Source: a virus (lineage: Duplodnaviria > Caudoviricetes). From it: a stretch of 54,230 nucleotides of DNA. This document shows, one piece after another, positions 39,438 through 50,900 of this stretch (position 1 is its first letter; each line of letters starts with the position of its first letter). The stretch lies in the IMG/VR virus record IMGVR_UViG_3300047554_000160, positions 1 through 54,230 of that record; one strand, written 5' to 3'. Made by a program: the position numbers and the translations under genes. The notes beneath the pieces were generated by a model, which worked only from the letters and a program-made list of their open reading frames with translations, did not search any database and was not told where the DNA came from.

Positions 39438-39814
39438 GGATTGTTAGGATCTGGTGTTTGGTCTTGTTTAGCGGCAGCGGCAGCAAGTTGTTCAGCTACA
39501 GTAACGCTAGTTCCTGTAGTATTCATAAATGTAATAGTAGTTACGCCCGGATTTAAATCACGTTCTATAACGCTTACTGGAACAGATGCTTTAACCCAAT
39601 CAATAATATTCTGTTTTGTAACTTCTTCAACAGGAATAAAATTCTCAGGATCAACGGCTGGATTTAACTCAATAACACCGATTTGATTTTTAGATTTTCC
39701 GGAATCAGCTGTTGCTGTGCATTTCCAAACAACTCTAAACACAACATTTTCGTTGCCTTCGTGGTTGTCGATTAAATCTACGTTTTCAATATCCCATTCG
39801 TAAGTTGTAGCCAT
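39434..39814 (-). CDS. Small fibre-associated protein, paralogue 2
   Basis: MATTYEWDI...ENVVFRVVW.CTAT; FIP.EEVT.Q.II.WV. Confidence 0.7.
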   Translation of the reverse strand: MATTYEWDIENVDLIDNHEGNENVVFRVVWKCTATADSGKSKNQIGVIELNPAVDPENFIPVEEVTKQNIIDWVKASVPVSVIERDLNPGVTTITFMNTTGTSVTVAEQLAAAAAKQDQTPDPNNP

Positions 39815-39840
39815 TGTTATCTCCGCTGCTAAACTATTAT

Positions 39841-40032
39841 TTATTCTTTACCTGGACCCATTGCGCCCTGTCCAGCGGCAGCTTGTTGTTGCTGAATTTG
39901 AGGGCCGACTTGTTGTCGAAGACTATCAACTACTGCAAAACACTGTTCATAAGGCAACTTGCCTAGGCCTGCCATAATTGTGTTAAGTTCGTTCATGTCT
40001 AAAGATAGGTTAATTTTTTGATCTGGATTCAT
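39841..40032 (-). CDS. Small helical hypothetical protein
   Basis: 63 aa; L.L...ELN.I..GL.KLPY; GGAG RBS and upstream TATAAATA. Confidence 0.7.
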   Translation of the reverse strand: MNPDQKINLSLDMNELNTIMAGLGKLPYEQCFAVVDSLRQQVGPQIQQQQAAAGQGAMGPGKE

Positions 40033-40076
40033 AGAAATCTCCGTTAGTGATTTTATTTATATATGTAGTTAATAGG

Positions 40077-40439
40077 TTAGATATTTTCGGGGTCAGGTGC
40101 AGGAAGTCCTTTGCCTGGTGCCCATGGTAATTCAGGTTGCGTTGTATGTTGAGAATCAATTTGAGCAGTAATTTTACCATTAACATGCTGCTCGTATTCC
40201 CCTGTAACAACAGATTGTATCCAACCTAGTACAATTTCTTCAGTTAGTTGGTCAAACGGCACAAACGATTCTGCAGGAACATCTACTGATGTAAAAGGTG
40301 TTGCTCCTGTAAATGTTCCAGTATGCCCGTGTTCATCTGTACCTTTCTTAATCCAGTATGTTTGAATAACTGCGTTCTCGTTAGCACCTTCAGTTCTTGT
40401 TTTAAGAGCAGTAATTTCCCATGTATAAGTAATCGCCAT
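40077..40439 (-). CDS. Small fibre-associated protein, paralogue 3
   Basis: MAITYTWEI...NAV.QTYW...GTD; FVPFDQLTEEIVLGWI; LPW. Confidence 0.7.
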   Translation of the reverse strand: MAITYTWEITALKTRTEGANENAVIQTYWIKKGTDEHGHTGTFTGATPFTSVDVPAESFVPFDQLTEEIVLGWIQSVVTGEYEQHVNGKITAQIDSQHTTQPELPWAPGKGLPAPDPENI

Positions 40440-40441
40440 GA

Positions 40442-40840
40442 TTATTCCTCAACTGCATCTGAGTAATAGCTAGTGGTTTTTAAAAAATCGTATGCTTGCT
40501 CTACAACAGTCTTTGACGAGCCCATATCAATTGTCATCCACAGGTTAGTTTCGGTCTTAGTTTCAGCTCGAAGATCTGCAGGGATGTCAGTTGGATAAAC
40601 TCCGATTTGTGCAATAGGTAATTTACCAGCATCTCTTGCCGCTTTGTTATAAAATACCTGAACGCATACTCTACCATAATATCCTTTTTTCCACTGCCAG
40701 TCTGGGCAATTTGCAGGTCTAACTCCGCCCGGATCTGGTATATCTGTGGGTATCTTATGTGTTATAACATCGCTTACAACATGATACGCTTCGTCGGCGT
40801 CAATGCCATTGGCAAGTTCGTATCGTTTAATTAGAGCCAT
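40442..40840 (-). CDS. Hypothetical fibre-associated protein
   Basis: MAL...Y....G.....AYH; QAY.FLKT...Y.DA; overlaps the fibre stop codon. Confidence 0.65.
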   Translation of the reverse strand: MALIKRYELANGIDADEAYHVVSDVITHKIPTDIPDPGGVRPANCPDWQWKKGYYGRVCVQVFYNKAARDAGKLPIAQIGVYPTDIPADLRAETKTETNLWMTIDMGSSKTVVEQAYDFLKTTSYYSDAVEE

Positions 40841-43800
40841 TTAATTTCCCTTTTAGTTCTTCGATTTCCGCTTTTAGATCCTTAATAGCTTGGATCAAAT
40901 ACGGTGTAATTTTGTCATATTTAACAGTTAGATAACTCTCGATGTCAGAATCTTTGCCGGCGCTTCTGCCTGCTTTGTTTTCAGCAACAGCAATTGGTAA
41001 AACTTCCTGTACTTCTTGAGCAATTAGGGCAGTTTCTGGCTGTCCTTCGTAGAACTCCTCGTTGATTTTAACAGCCTGTGCATTCCATTCGAAGCTAGAC
41101 GGTACTAGTCGATCTACTAGTGCTAGGCCAGAACCAGGTTCTAACGGCTTGATATTCTGTTTTAATCTACGATCAGACCAATAAGCTGTAACTTCGCCAC
41201 GAGCATATAAGTTGTTACCGCTGTGATAGATTCTCCAACCGTTACCCGAACGGTGAATACCACCGTCGCCGTCGTTCATCATCAGTGTAGAACCAGATGC
41301 AAAGTAAATTCCGTACCAGCCGTTACGAGTACCGTCCATGCGCCAGCTACCGTAGTCGCCGTTGTTTGGATAAAAGTGAGCTCCGTTGGTTCCGTCTGCG
41401 GCATACATACCTTGATAACCATAGACACCAATCCAACGGTCCATGTAGATGTAGTTACTACCGCCATTGACCTGCATAACACGACTACTCATGTCGTAGT
41501 CTGTGTAGAAACGCATACCTTCGTAACTTGGGTTAGCACCAAACTTTAGACCAGTGTGGAATGCAATTCTCAAGTCAGGGTATGGATAGCTCCAACCTCC
41601 ACTCTCACGATAGATTCTATAGGCTGTACTTTGATCGTTACTGAACGCAACACCAAACGGGTGATCAACGCTAACATCATAGTTGTTACGTAAGTAGAAT
41701 GTACCAATACCCCACATTCTAGACCATGTATTCATATCTACATAGTAGCCTGTGTCGTCTCTAGAATAACCAATATACCAACGTGCATCATCCATGTATG
41801 TTGTGCCATACAATTCTTGATAGCCGCCGTTAGTTCTTACACGCCAGTTACCTGCGTTATCTAATAGGCCCGAGTTCCACGATGTGTCACCGTAGAAGTA
41901 ACCCATAATGGTGCCTGCAAAACCGTTTCTTAAACGAATACCGCCTGCACCCGACTGACCAGTATTCCAATAGTTGCCTGCATCGCTGTACCAATGGTTT
42001 CCGTTGGCCTGATTATATAGACCTGTACTGTTGTTATTATTGCGGAACCAGCCGTTGTTGTATATGTTATTAAACAATACATCACTTTGACCATTGACTA
42101 CAAATCCAGGGTTATTAGATAATTGACTTAAACTTGTTAAGTTTGCACTATCCCAAATTGTTCGCCATGCATACCAGCTGTTTGACCAGCCTGTTCTATA
42201 ACGCAGGCCATCACCGTTACTAGCAGTATGCGAACGATACATTTGATAGTTGTGGTTATCACCTCTAAAGAATTCAACGCTACCGTAACTGTAGTTTCCT
42301 GGACCGTTTGTCCATGTACTACCGTTATTAATCTGATAGTAACCCATTTCGGCAGTAGCATCTCCCCATGAGTTCCAATCAGTTGCACTACCAACAGTAC
42401 CGTAGTATCGCATATATCCCGAAGAGATACCGCCGCTTGTAATAAATCCAGGTCCGTTAGTTAGCTGGCTTAAGTTGGTTAAGTTTCCGCTATCCCAAAC
42501 AGTATAACCAGTTCCTCCGCCATATGTGCTTCGATGGACATACATAGTACCGTTAGTCCATCTCCATTGCCAACCATAGCTGTTGTTATGGTGACCAGTT
42601 TCTCCAGAATTCATCATTAGAGTTACGTTACCGGCACCGTTACCTGGGAACTCCATACCTGCCCAGCTGTTACGTGTTCCTAAAACTCTCCAAGAACCGT
42701 AGCTAGCATCGTTAGGATAGAAGTGAGCGTTATTTAACGTACTGTATAGCCCGTGATAACCAGTAGTCTGTAGCCATGTATCTAGTTGATAATAAGCGTT
42801 ACCAAACTTTCCTAAGAAACCAGGTCCGTTAGTTAGCTGACTTAGGTTAGTTAAGTTGTAGTTGTTCCAAATTCTGCGCCATGTACCGTAGCTGCCGTTT
42901 TCAATACGACGGTTGTAAATCTCACCATCATCATAGAAGCTTGCGGCCCACTGGTTACCGTAGTTGTTACCGGTGTTAGTATGACGAACATGCAACATGG
43001 TGTACCATGTGCCTGTCGGTGTTCCGTTGTTATAGGCGTTATAGAATCCAGAGTTTAGAGCTTGTGTAAATCCTGTTTCAGTAGTCTTAGTGCTGTTATC
43101 ACCATAGACAAATCTGTTATAGTAGATGCCGCCTAAGTTATCAATACTACCGCTACTTGTAATATATCCCGGTCCGTTACTTAACTGACTTAGGTTAGTT
43201 AAGTTACCACTATCCCAGTTTGTAAATGCACTACCTCTTGTATAGATAGGACGGCCACTGTAATAGTTTAGATATAAATCGTAACCGTTAGCCGCATCAA
43301 TGTGCAGATTGCCGTTTGTAGCTGCAACAGTTGCTTTAGTTGCATCTGTACGTCCGTTGCCGCCGACAATTAAATCAGCACCCCAGCTCGAGTTAGGCCC
43401 TAGATATAAACGACTGTCACCTTGGAATCTAACATCTCCACTAACATGTAGTCTGTGGGTTGGATCATTGTAGTTAATACCTACATAACCATCAACTGGA
43501 TCGATAGTCATGCGTTCGATTGGTAAATCGGTGCTAGCTCCGCTAGTGCCAGTACCTGGCTTAGTTGCAAATACCAAGAAACTGCGCTCACTACCCGGTG
43601 TGTCGTGCAATCTTAGACCAATCCATGCTTGAGGACTTATGTTGTAACTTGTTCCGTCGTCATTTAATGTGCCGCCACTATAATTTAACAAGTGGTTAAA
43701 TGCAATACCGCCGTAATAGCTGTTTGCAGTTGTACCTCGTGTAGGTGCAGGGCCAACTTGTAACGCATAGGTATTTTGATCAATAGTAGTAGATCCTGTT

Positions 43801-46800
43801 CCTTCAGAGTGGAACATGTGGTCGCCGCCACGGAAATCAATTGCGCCTGTGTAGTACGCAGGAATATATCCAGGGCCGTTAGTTAGCTGACTTAGGTTAG
43901 TTAAACTGTAAGTAGTATGCGCTCTTGCGGCTGTAATAGGGCCGTTTTCAACAGTATCAAATGCAGTTGCAAAAGAAATTGCCCAGTCATCGTTCCAGTC
44001 AGTGTTAGTAAATGCGTTATAACCTGCTTGGAATTCAGTAATGAATACCTGCGGATAAGCCCAGCTGCCGCCGGTTTCGCCAATCCAGATACAGTTTCTC
44101 GAACCATCATGACCAAAACGGACATTTAGGTCGCCGCCGCCGTGCGTTGTTTGATATGCAAATACGTTATACCAGTTACCGGGTCCGTAGTTATAACCAC
44201 CAAGTTCAATTGTTCTACTTGTTCCTGCACTTCCGCCTGCATATTCGTAAATCTTTACGGTCATACGCATCATTGTGCTGGTGCGGAACTGTGGTAATCT
44301 AATCTTGATTGCGCCTGCTACACTGCTAGAACCAGTAGTGTATGCGCCGCCGCCTGGAGCATATACTTTTAAACCACCGTTGTTGTCAGTGAAGCCACCG
44401 TTGGTTGTTAATACATATTGGAATGTTGCAGCGCCGCCACCTGTTACATATCCAGGACCGTTACTTAACTGGTTAACGTTTGTTAAGTTGCCAGCATGCC
44501 AGATAACGTTTGTACCAACATACGGGTTGTAGCCGAATGTTGTTCTACCTGTACTTGCACTAACATCAAATGCGGCGTCTGCTCTGAATGCTACAGAACC
44601 TGTAAAACCGTTTCTTAATAAAGTAAATTGATTAGAATAACCTGAACCAGCTTTACCTAATAACCAAGAATCACCGCCGGTGTCAGCAGTAATAGGATAA
44701 TATACGCCTGCCCAACTGTTACTGCTAGAAGGATTAATTCTAATACCTTCACTCCAGTTGTTGCCGCCAGGAGTAATTGTAAGAGCAGGAGTTCCACTAG
44801 TACCAGCGGCTAAAGAGCTTCCGCTACTTGACCAAGTTGCCCAGTTAGTAATAGTTCCGCCACTAGTTGCCCAGGAGTTACCGTTACCAAAGTATAGTGT
44901 TCCATTAGCTGCTGTAATGACACTAGGATTGTTTGCGCCGCTACTGTCCTGGTTGCCCATCAATAAGCGTTGTGCTCCGGCAGTGTTTGTAATTCTAAAA
45001 TAATCTTGTACTGCACCAGTACCTGTTACATCTAATGTGTAAGTTGGGCTTGCAGTTCCTCCAACTCTTAACTTGCCGCCGCCGCTGGCTGCATAAACAT
45101 CGGCATTGACATAGTGGTTTAGATAAACTCCTTTGCCAGTTGTAGAACCGTCAATGATAATTTGACCTTCGCCGTAACCTTTGATGTTAGGAGTACCGCC
45201 TACCCTGTCTAGATAAAGAATATCAGTTCTATGATCTGTTGCATCATAAACAGCAGCAGAGCAGATATACCATGTTAAAGGACTTCCGCTAGACGGTGTT
45301 GGACTACCAGTGATATAGAAGAAGTGTGTTGAACTGAATGTACCAGTGTTACCGGCAATTACAACATAGATGTATTCTTCCCATTTACCTGTACCAACGT
45401 TGTTAGTTGCCCAGTATGTCTGACTGTTAGAACCAACTGCGTTACTTGCCCAGTTAAGTGTATAACCTGATGGTATCTTTGCTTTAAATCTTGCAACTAA
45501 AATGGCGTTGGCTCTTGTAGCTACACCAAAATAGAATCCACCAAATCCTGGACTTTGTCCGCTGCCTGTATGCTGTACCTGTAGGACATAACCGCTAGTT
45601 GTTGGAGTACCAGTTGGACTAGAAATTCTAGTGATAGCAGTCTGGCCAGAACCGTTATTATCATAAACACTTATACTGTTAGAACCAGATAAGAAGTTTT
45701 CGTCTAGATAACCTGCATGTTTCTTACCTTGAGCGCCAAGAGCATGGAAAGCAATTGTCGGTGCTCCGCTTTCTGTGGAATCTGCATGTTCCCAGTTTGT
45801 CTTGCTGTCAAATCTTAGAGCGCCGCCAACGTTTAAGTTAGTACCATCAAATGTTAAGTTAGCAGAACCTGCAAATACGTTACTGCTATCTTTATAGATA
45901 ACTTGATTTGCAGAACCTGCGCCAATACCTGCACCAGATTGTCCTGTTGCGCCAATTTCACCCATTGCTGAGAACGCAACGTTAGTTAGTGCTACACCAG
46001 TTGTATATAAAGACGCATCTAAGTATAGTGCAGAGCCGATAGCTCTAGCAGTTGTTTTTAATAATGTACTATTTTGCCAGTATCTTACATTACCGCCATC
46101 GTAGGTAATTGTAAAGATATCGCTAGTTGCATAAGATCCGCCTGTATAAACTGAGCTAGCACTTTCGTAAATTGTTACAGTACCAGCATTAAAATAGATA
46201 GCATAGTCTAATGTATCAAAGCTAGCACTGCCTGTTGGATCGGCATTAAGACCGAACATTGCACGACCAGTTGTGTTATTAACACTAGCACTGGCCATTG
46301 CTCCTCGAACAAATCCTTCTGCAGAGTAAAAATGAACGTCCCAAGCGCCGTTAGTTCCGCCGGTCTTGGTAAATGTTGTATAGTTGGTTGAGCTAACACC
46401 TGTGCCTAGAACAGGAACCCATGCACCTGCACCAGTAATACCAGTGGCACCTGTACTACCTTGTGGTCCTGTTGCGCCCGTAGTTCCGCCTAATCCTGAA
46501 GGACCTGTTGCACCTGTACTACCTTGGAAGCCTGTAGCTCCAGTAGCACCCGTTGCGCCAATTTGTCCAGTAGCACCTGTTGCGCCGATAGCACCTGTGC
46601 CGCCGTTTGCACCAGCAGGTCCTGTTGGTCCAGTTGAGCCAGTACTACCTTGATTACCTTGGATACCGGTTGCACCAGTAGCACCTGTGCCGCCACCGGA
46701 ACCTTGAACACCAGATGCACCAGTAGGTCCTGTTGCACCAGTAGGTCCTGTTGCACCAGTACTTCCAAACATACCTGTAACATCAATAGTCCAGTTTGCG

Positions 46801-47915
46801 TATGGTCCAGCGCCGCTTGTGCCGCCAACATAATCGACGTTAACCGTAATTGCTAGTCCTACAATGGCAGTGATTGTACCTTCCATGTAGTTTGTAGGAA
46901 TAGCAGGATAAACTACACGCACACGCATACCAGTACTGAATGCGTTTGTTTTATTAACTGTCCAAGTTTTACTGCCAGTAGTATTGGTATTAGATGTAGA
47001 ACTTGTTACATCATAGCCTAATCCAGTAGCACCTGTTCCACCAACACTACCTGCAGAACCTGCCGCACCAGTAGCACCTATTTCACCAGTAGCACCTGTA
47101 GCACCTTGAGGTCCTGTAGCACCTGTAGTTCCTGTTAAACCAGTAGCACCTGTAGCTCCAGTAGATCCTTGATTACCTACACCACCCGACGGTCCTGTTG
47201 CGCCTTGAGGGCCTGTAGCACCAGTTGCACCTCGAGCACCAGTTGCACCTACACCACCAGTTGCACCTACTTGTCCTGTGGCACCTGTAGCACCTACTTG
47301 TCCTGTTGCACCTGTAGCACCCGGATTACCTTGACCCCCAGCACCACCTGTTGCACCAACTGGGCCAGTAGCACCAGTTGCACCTGGATAACCTGTAGCA
47401 CCCTGCGGACCTGTAGCACCTGTAGCACCTCGCAAACCTGTAGCACCTGTTGATCCGTCTTGTCCTGTGGCACCAGTGGCACCAGTGCTTCCAGAAGGTC
47501 CTGTTGCACCAGTACCTCCGCCACTGCCACCTGCACCAGTTGCACCTTGTGGTCCTGTAGCACCAGTGGAACCTACAGGGCCGGTTGCACCTGTAGCACC
47601 TCGAGGACCTGTTGCGCCTGTACTGCCTGTAGCACCAATTGGGCCTGTGGCGCCAGTTGCGCCTTGAGGGCCTGTAGCACCAGTTGCACCAGTAGCTCCA
47701 TTTTCTCCATCGGGACCAGTTGCACCTGTAGCACCAGCGGCTCCACTAGCTCCTGTACCAGGTGCGATAAATGCCAAACTACCTTGTGTATCGGCTAGAC
47801 CTAATAACCAACCGCTAGTAGTTGCACTCTCGGGTAAGGTTAGAGTAACTGTTCCTGTTGTAGGAGATTTTAAGGTTATATTACCTTGCTGACTGGTATC
47901 TAAATTAATTGCCAT
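40827..47915 (-). CDS. Long tail fibre/adhesin: N-terminal collagen-like stalk, modular Gly/Asn/Trp/Tyr-rich domains, C-terminal S74 chaperone
   Basis: About 450 aa of GAT triplets; repeated [13 protein letters not shown] linkers; [11 protein letters not shown]...LIAQEV...V.YDKI...LIQAIK.L. Confidence 0.87.
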   Translation of the reverse strand: MAINLDTSQQGNITLKSPTTGTVTLTLPESATTSGWLLGLADTQGSLAFIAPGTGASGAAGATGATGPDGENGATGATGATGPQGATGATGPIGATGSTGATGPRGATGATGPVGSTGATGPQGATGAGGSGGGTGATGPSGSTGATGATGQDGSTGATGLRGATGATGPQGATGYPGATGATGPVGATGGAGGQGNPGATGATGQVGATGATGQVGATGGVGATGARGATGATGPQGATGPSGGVGNQGSTGATGATGLTGTTGATGPQGATGATGEIGATGAAGSAGSVGGTGATGLGYDVTSSTSNTNTTGSKTWTVNKTNAFSTGMRVRVVYPAIPTNYMEGTITAIVGLAITVNVDYVGGTSGAGPYANWTIDVTGMFGSTGATGPTGATGPTGASGVQGSGGGTGATGATGIQGNQGSTGSTGPTGPAGANGGTGAIGATGATGQIGATGATGATGFQGSTGATGPSGLGGTTGATGPQGSTGATGITGAGAWVPVLGTGVSSTNYTTFTKTGGTNGAWDVHFYSAEGFVRGAMASASVNNTTGRAMFGLNADPTGSASFDTLDYAIYFNAGTVTIYESASSVYTGGSYATSDIFTITYDGGNVRYWQNSTLLKTTARAIGSALYLDASLYTTGVALTNVAFSAMGEIGATGQSGAGIGAGSANQVIYKDSSNVFAGSANLTFDGTNLNVGGALRFDSKTNWEHADSTESGAPTIAFHALGAQGKKHAGYLDENFLSGSNSISVYDNNGSGQTAITRISSPTGTPTTSGYVLQVQHTGSGQSPGFGGFYFGVATRANAILVARFKAKIPSGYTLNWASNAVGSNSQTYWATNNVGTGKWEEYIYVVIAGNTGTFSSTHFFYITGSPTPSSGSPLTWYICSAAVYDATDHRTDILYLDRVGGTPNIKGYGEGQIIIDGSTTGKGVYLNHYVNADVYAASGGGKLRVGGTASPTYTLDVTGTGAVQDYFRITNTAGAQRLLMGNQDSSGANNPSVITAANGTLYFGNGNSWATSGGTITNWATWSSSGSSLAAGTSGTPALTITPGGNNWSEGIRINPSSSNSWAGVYYPITADTGGDSWLLGKAGSGYSNQFTLLRNGFTGSVAFRADAAFDVSASTGRTTFGYNPYVGTNVIWHAGNLTNVNQLSNGPGYVTGGGAATFQYVLTTNGGFTDNNGGLKVYAPGGGAYTTGSSSVAGAIKIRLPQFRTSTMMRMTVKIYEYAGGSAGTSRTIELGGYNYGPGNWYNVFAYQTTHGGGDLNVRFGHDGSRNCIWIGETGGSWAYPQVFITEFQAGYNAFTNTDWNDDWAISFATAFDTVENGPITAARAHTTYSLTNLSQLTNGPGYIPAYYTGAIDFRGGDHMFHSEGTGSTTIDQNTYALQVGPAPTRGTTANSYYGGIAFNHLLNYSGGTLNDDGTSYNISPQAWIGLRLHDTPGSERSFLVFATKPGTGTSGASTDLPIERMTIDPVDGYVGINYNDPTHRLHVSGDVRFQGDSRLYLGPNSSWGADLIVGGNGRTDATKATVAATNGNLHIDAANGYDLYLNYYSGRPIYTRGSAFTNWDSGNLTNLSQLSNGPGYITSSGSIDNLGGIYYNRFVYGDNSTKTTETGFTQALNSGFYNAYNNGTPTGTWYTMLHVRHTNTGNNYGNQWAASFYDDGEIYNRRIENGSYGTWRRIWNNYNLTNLSQLTNGPGFLGKFGNAYYQLDTWLQTTGYHGLYSTLNNAHFYPNDASYGSWRVLGTRNSWAGMEFPGNGAGNVTLMMNSGETGHHNNSYGWQWRWTNGTMYVHRSTYGGGTGYTVWDSGNLTNLSQLTNGPGFITSGGISSGYMRYYGTVGSATDWNSWGDATAEMGYYQINNGSTWTNGPGNYSYGSVEFFRGDNHNYQMYRSHTASNGDGLRYRTGWSNSWYAWRTIWDSANLTSLSQLSNNPGFVVNGQSDVLFNNIYNNGWFRNNNNSTGLYNQANGNHWYSDAGNYWNTGQSGAGGIRLRNGFAGTIMGYFYGDTSWNSGLLDNAGNWRVRTNGGYQELYGTTYMDDARWYIGYSRDDTGYYVDMNTWSRMWGIGTFYLRNNYDVSVDHPFGVAFSNDQSTAYRIYRESGGWSYPYPDLRIAFHTGLKFGANPSYEGMRFYTDYDMSSRVMQVNGGSNYIYMDRWIGVYGYQGMYAADGTNGAHFYPNNGDYGSWRMDGTRNGWYGIYFASGSTLMMNDGDGGIHRSGNGWRIYHSGNNLYARGEVTAYWSDRRLKQNIKPLEPGSGLALVDRLVPSSFEWNAQAVKINEEFYEGQPETALIAQEVQEVLPIAVAENKAGRSAGKDSDIESYLTVKYDKITPYLIQAIKDLKAEIEELKGKLNGSN
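42102..44501 (-). repeat. Six dispersed ~54-nt repeats encoding W[16 protein letters not shown](F/Y)
   Basis: Copies near 42102, 42444, 42816, 43164, 43866 and 44448; the 42816 and 43866 copies match at 34 of 35 nt. Confidence 0.85.
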
Positions 47916-47943
47916 AGTTATTCAACTGTTATCCAATATTTAT

Positions 47944-50900
47944 TCAGGTAGAAACTTCAACAGTTTCAACTTTTGCAACGAACCTTACTGTTGTTCCTGC
48001 AAGGCCTACTGCACGAACACTTAATCCGCCATTTACTGTATCTGCAACAAGATCAATATCAAATGCTTGACTTGCCCAGATCTTCGTTTTGTTATATCTC
48101 TTTACTACTGTAGTGTTTGCACCAGCATATCTAGAGATAGAACCGTTAAATTCCCATGCTCCTTCATCATCTGATCCTACAGACTTTGCAGTTACAAATA
48201 CTTTAAACATGTAACTAGAATTATCAGGTAAAATTACTTGATTATTTGTTGAAGCAACAAGTCCGTTAGAAGTTAAAACTGTAGTTGCTGTAGTTGCTGT
48301 AGAACTTCTTAAAATATATGTTCCTGCCTGAGCATCTCCTGCGGCAGCAAATATACCACTTGCAACAACATTTGCATCAACAATATTTCTTGTTGTTGCA
48401 CCAGTACCTATTACTAGATTTTCACCAACTGCAAGACCGCCTGCAATTACTACCGCAGCAGATTGTGTAGTTAATGCACTGGCTGTAGAACTAAAGGTTG
48501 TTAAAGTGCTAGCAACTACTAATTGTCCATAACCGTCAGTTGAACCAATATTAACATTAGATACTGAACCTGCGCCGCCATTAGTTGCAATATTAACAGT
48601 TCTAGTAGTTCCTCCTAATATTGCACCTGTAGATAAATCTAAAGTATTAGCAGAAGTTGTATTGTTCAAACTTGCACTTGTGCCACTGTGTGCAATATTT
48701 CCTGTAATTGTTAGGTCTTCAAAGGAAGTAACGTCTGTGTCATCAATGATTGCGTTGGTGCCCAACGATGTTACTGATGCAGACCAGTTGCTATCTTTAA
48801 TTATTGTAGGAGTTACAAACTGATTTACAACGCTTGCAGGAATTTGTTCAGTAATTAAGGTCCAAACTCTACCACCGGAAACTGTGGATCTTCTCCAATA
48901 CTCGAATTCACCTGTAGAAGAGTTATAAGTAACTGTATGGTTGGCTGCAAGACTACTGATTGCGGCTTCAGCATTTTCAGCTACCCAATAAACTGAGCCT
49001 GCAACAGTGCTGACAGTATCTCTTACATAACTTACCCATAAAACATCGTTGTCCATGTTATCACTATAGACAACACTTGCAGATGCTTTTACAGCACTCT
49101 TAATTTTGAATGTAGTACTATCTCCTACATTAGGTAAGGACCATGATAAACATTTAATCCACTGGTTAGTACCCGGACTTACGCCAGCTGTTTGACTGTG
49201 TTCGGTATATGCTTGAGCGCCAAAGATGCTACCTTCGACTACTAAGTTTTTCTTAATGCTTGCGCCGCCAGCGATTTGTACTGCACCAGTAGCAGTGCTT
49301 GTTGCTTCGCTAGTATTAGCAAAATATACGATCGAGGTAGCAGTTGCACCGCGTTGAGTTAAGCTGTCAAGAGTTGCTGTACTCCAGATTGTAATAGAGC
49401 CAAAGTTAGAACTTACTGCGGTATCAGTGCCGGCATAAATCTGGCTTACACCAATGCCACCACTACCTAAGCTAGATGTTGTTAGAACTTCTAGGCCTGA
49501 GGCATAAATCTTGTTATTAACATACAAGTCGCCACCAATTCCGACTCCGCCAGCAACAGTTAAAGCACCACTTGCAGTGTTAGTTGCGCTGGTTGTATTA
49601 ACTAATGCTAGACCACCAAATTGTGCAAGGCCCCATGTACCTGTATTTGAGAACAGTGCTGGGAATTCTTGTGTTCCGCCTGGATAGATATCAGTCTTAT
49701 AGACTAATTTCTTAGATGCATTGTCCATTCCTAAGAAGGAATGATTGTCATATTCGGTATTGACAGATGCAGTAGTACTGTAGTGCAGTAAAATACCTCT
49801 GTCAAGGCCATCATTTACACCTAAGTTTGCATTATCAACACCTGCGCCAATACTTATAACAGGATCAATTACAACAGTTTGTGTAGAATTTACATACGTC
49901 CATGTACCATAGACCTGTAAGTTTCCATATACCGCAGCATTTCCGCCAACAATTAAATTACGAGCAATACCGACACCGCCACTAACAATCAATGCACCAG
50001 CAGTTGATGTGTTAGAGTCAGTTGTTGTAGTAATGCTAATAGTACGATTAGTAGTGTTTCCTCTTTCAGTTACTGATTGTAATGTAGAAGTATTCCAAAT
50101 TACAACAGAGCCTGTACTCCTACTTACAGTTGTATCAGTACCTGCGGTAATAGTTTGAACACCAAGGTTAGTAAATGTAACAATACCTGTAGCAGTACTT
50201 ACACCTAAATATTGTGTGCCTACTGCGGCAATAACACCGGCGTTATTGATTGTAAAACTTGTAGCAGTTCCTACACCAACTTCGTCTGTAATAGTAATAC
50301 CCGGACCAGCAGTCGGATTAACGCTGGTTACAACACGATGTCCATCGTCATAAATTTCAGCTGCACGAACTTGTTTGCCAACACCTAAACCACCGTAGAT
50401 AACAACAGCACCATCTGTGACTGTGTTACTTGCAGTTGTATTTTCAAAAATTGCCACAGCAGCCGGACTACCGCGTAGTGTGCTAGTGATTAGAGCAGTA
50501 TCAATAGTTGCTTGCCCGCCAATGCCAACACCACCTAGCACTACTAAAGCACCGGACGATGTAGAATTAGATACTTCTGCATTATTAATAACAACTATAT
50601 TAGTTGTAGAATTACCTCGATCGGTTACTGTTTGAAGAGTATCTAGAGAACTTACAATTACAGCACCAGTTGTGGTATTAACTCCAATTCCACTACCGCC
50701 TTGAATACTTGTTACACCGTAAGTACCTAAAGAAGCGTTGGTAATTACAAGACTACCGTTAGAATAAATGTTAGCGGCCTTAATGTCGCCACCAACTTCT
50801 AACTGTGCAGTTGCAGTTGCAGTGTTAATTCCTACAAAGTTTGTACCAGTTGCTCCACCGTAAATTTTTACTACCTCATTAGCACCGATTGCTAACGATT

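Noticed and set aside
42102-44501. Repeats considered as a CRISPR array or DGR template/variable pair
   Set aside because: Spacing is 340-700 nt and in frame within a coding gene; no cas or reverse transcriptase gene in the window; differences are not adenine-specific.
46208-47798. Similar shadow ORFs, including Cys-rich ones, over the second collagen stalk
   Set aside because: The Cys richness comes from reading GAT codons on the opposite strand; unlike 36492-36659 they lie inside a real gene.
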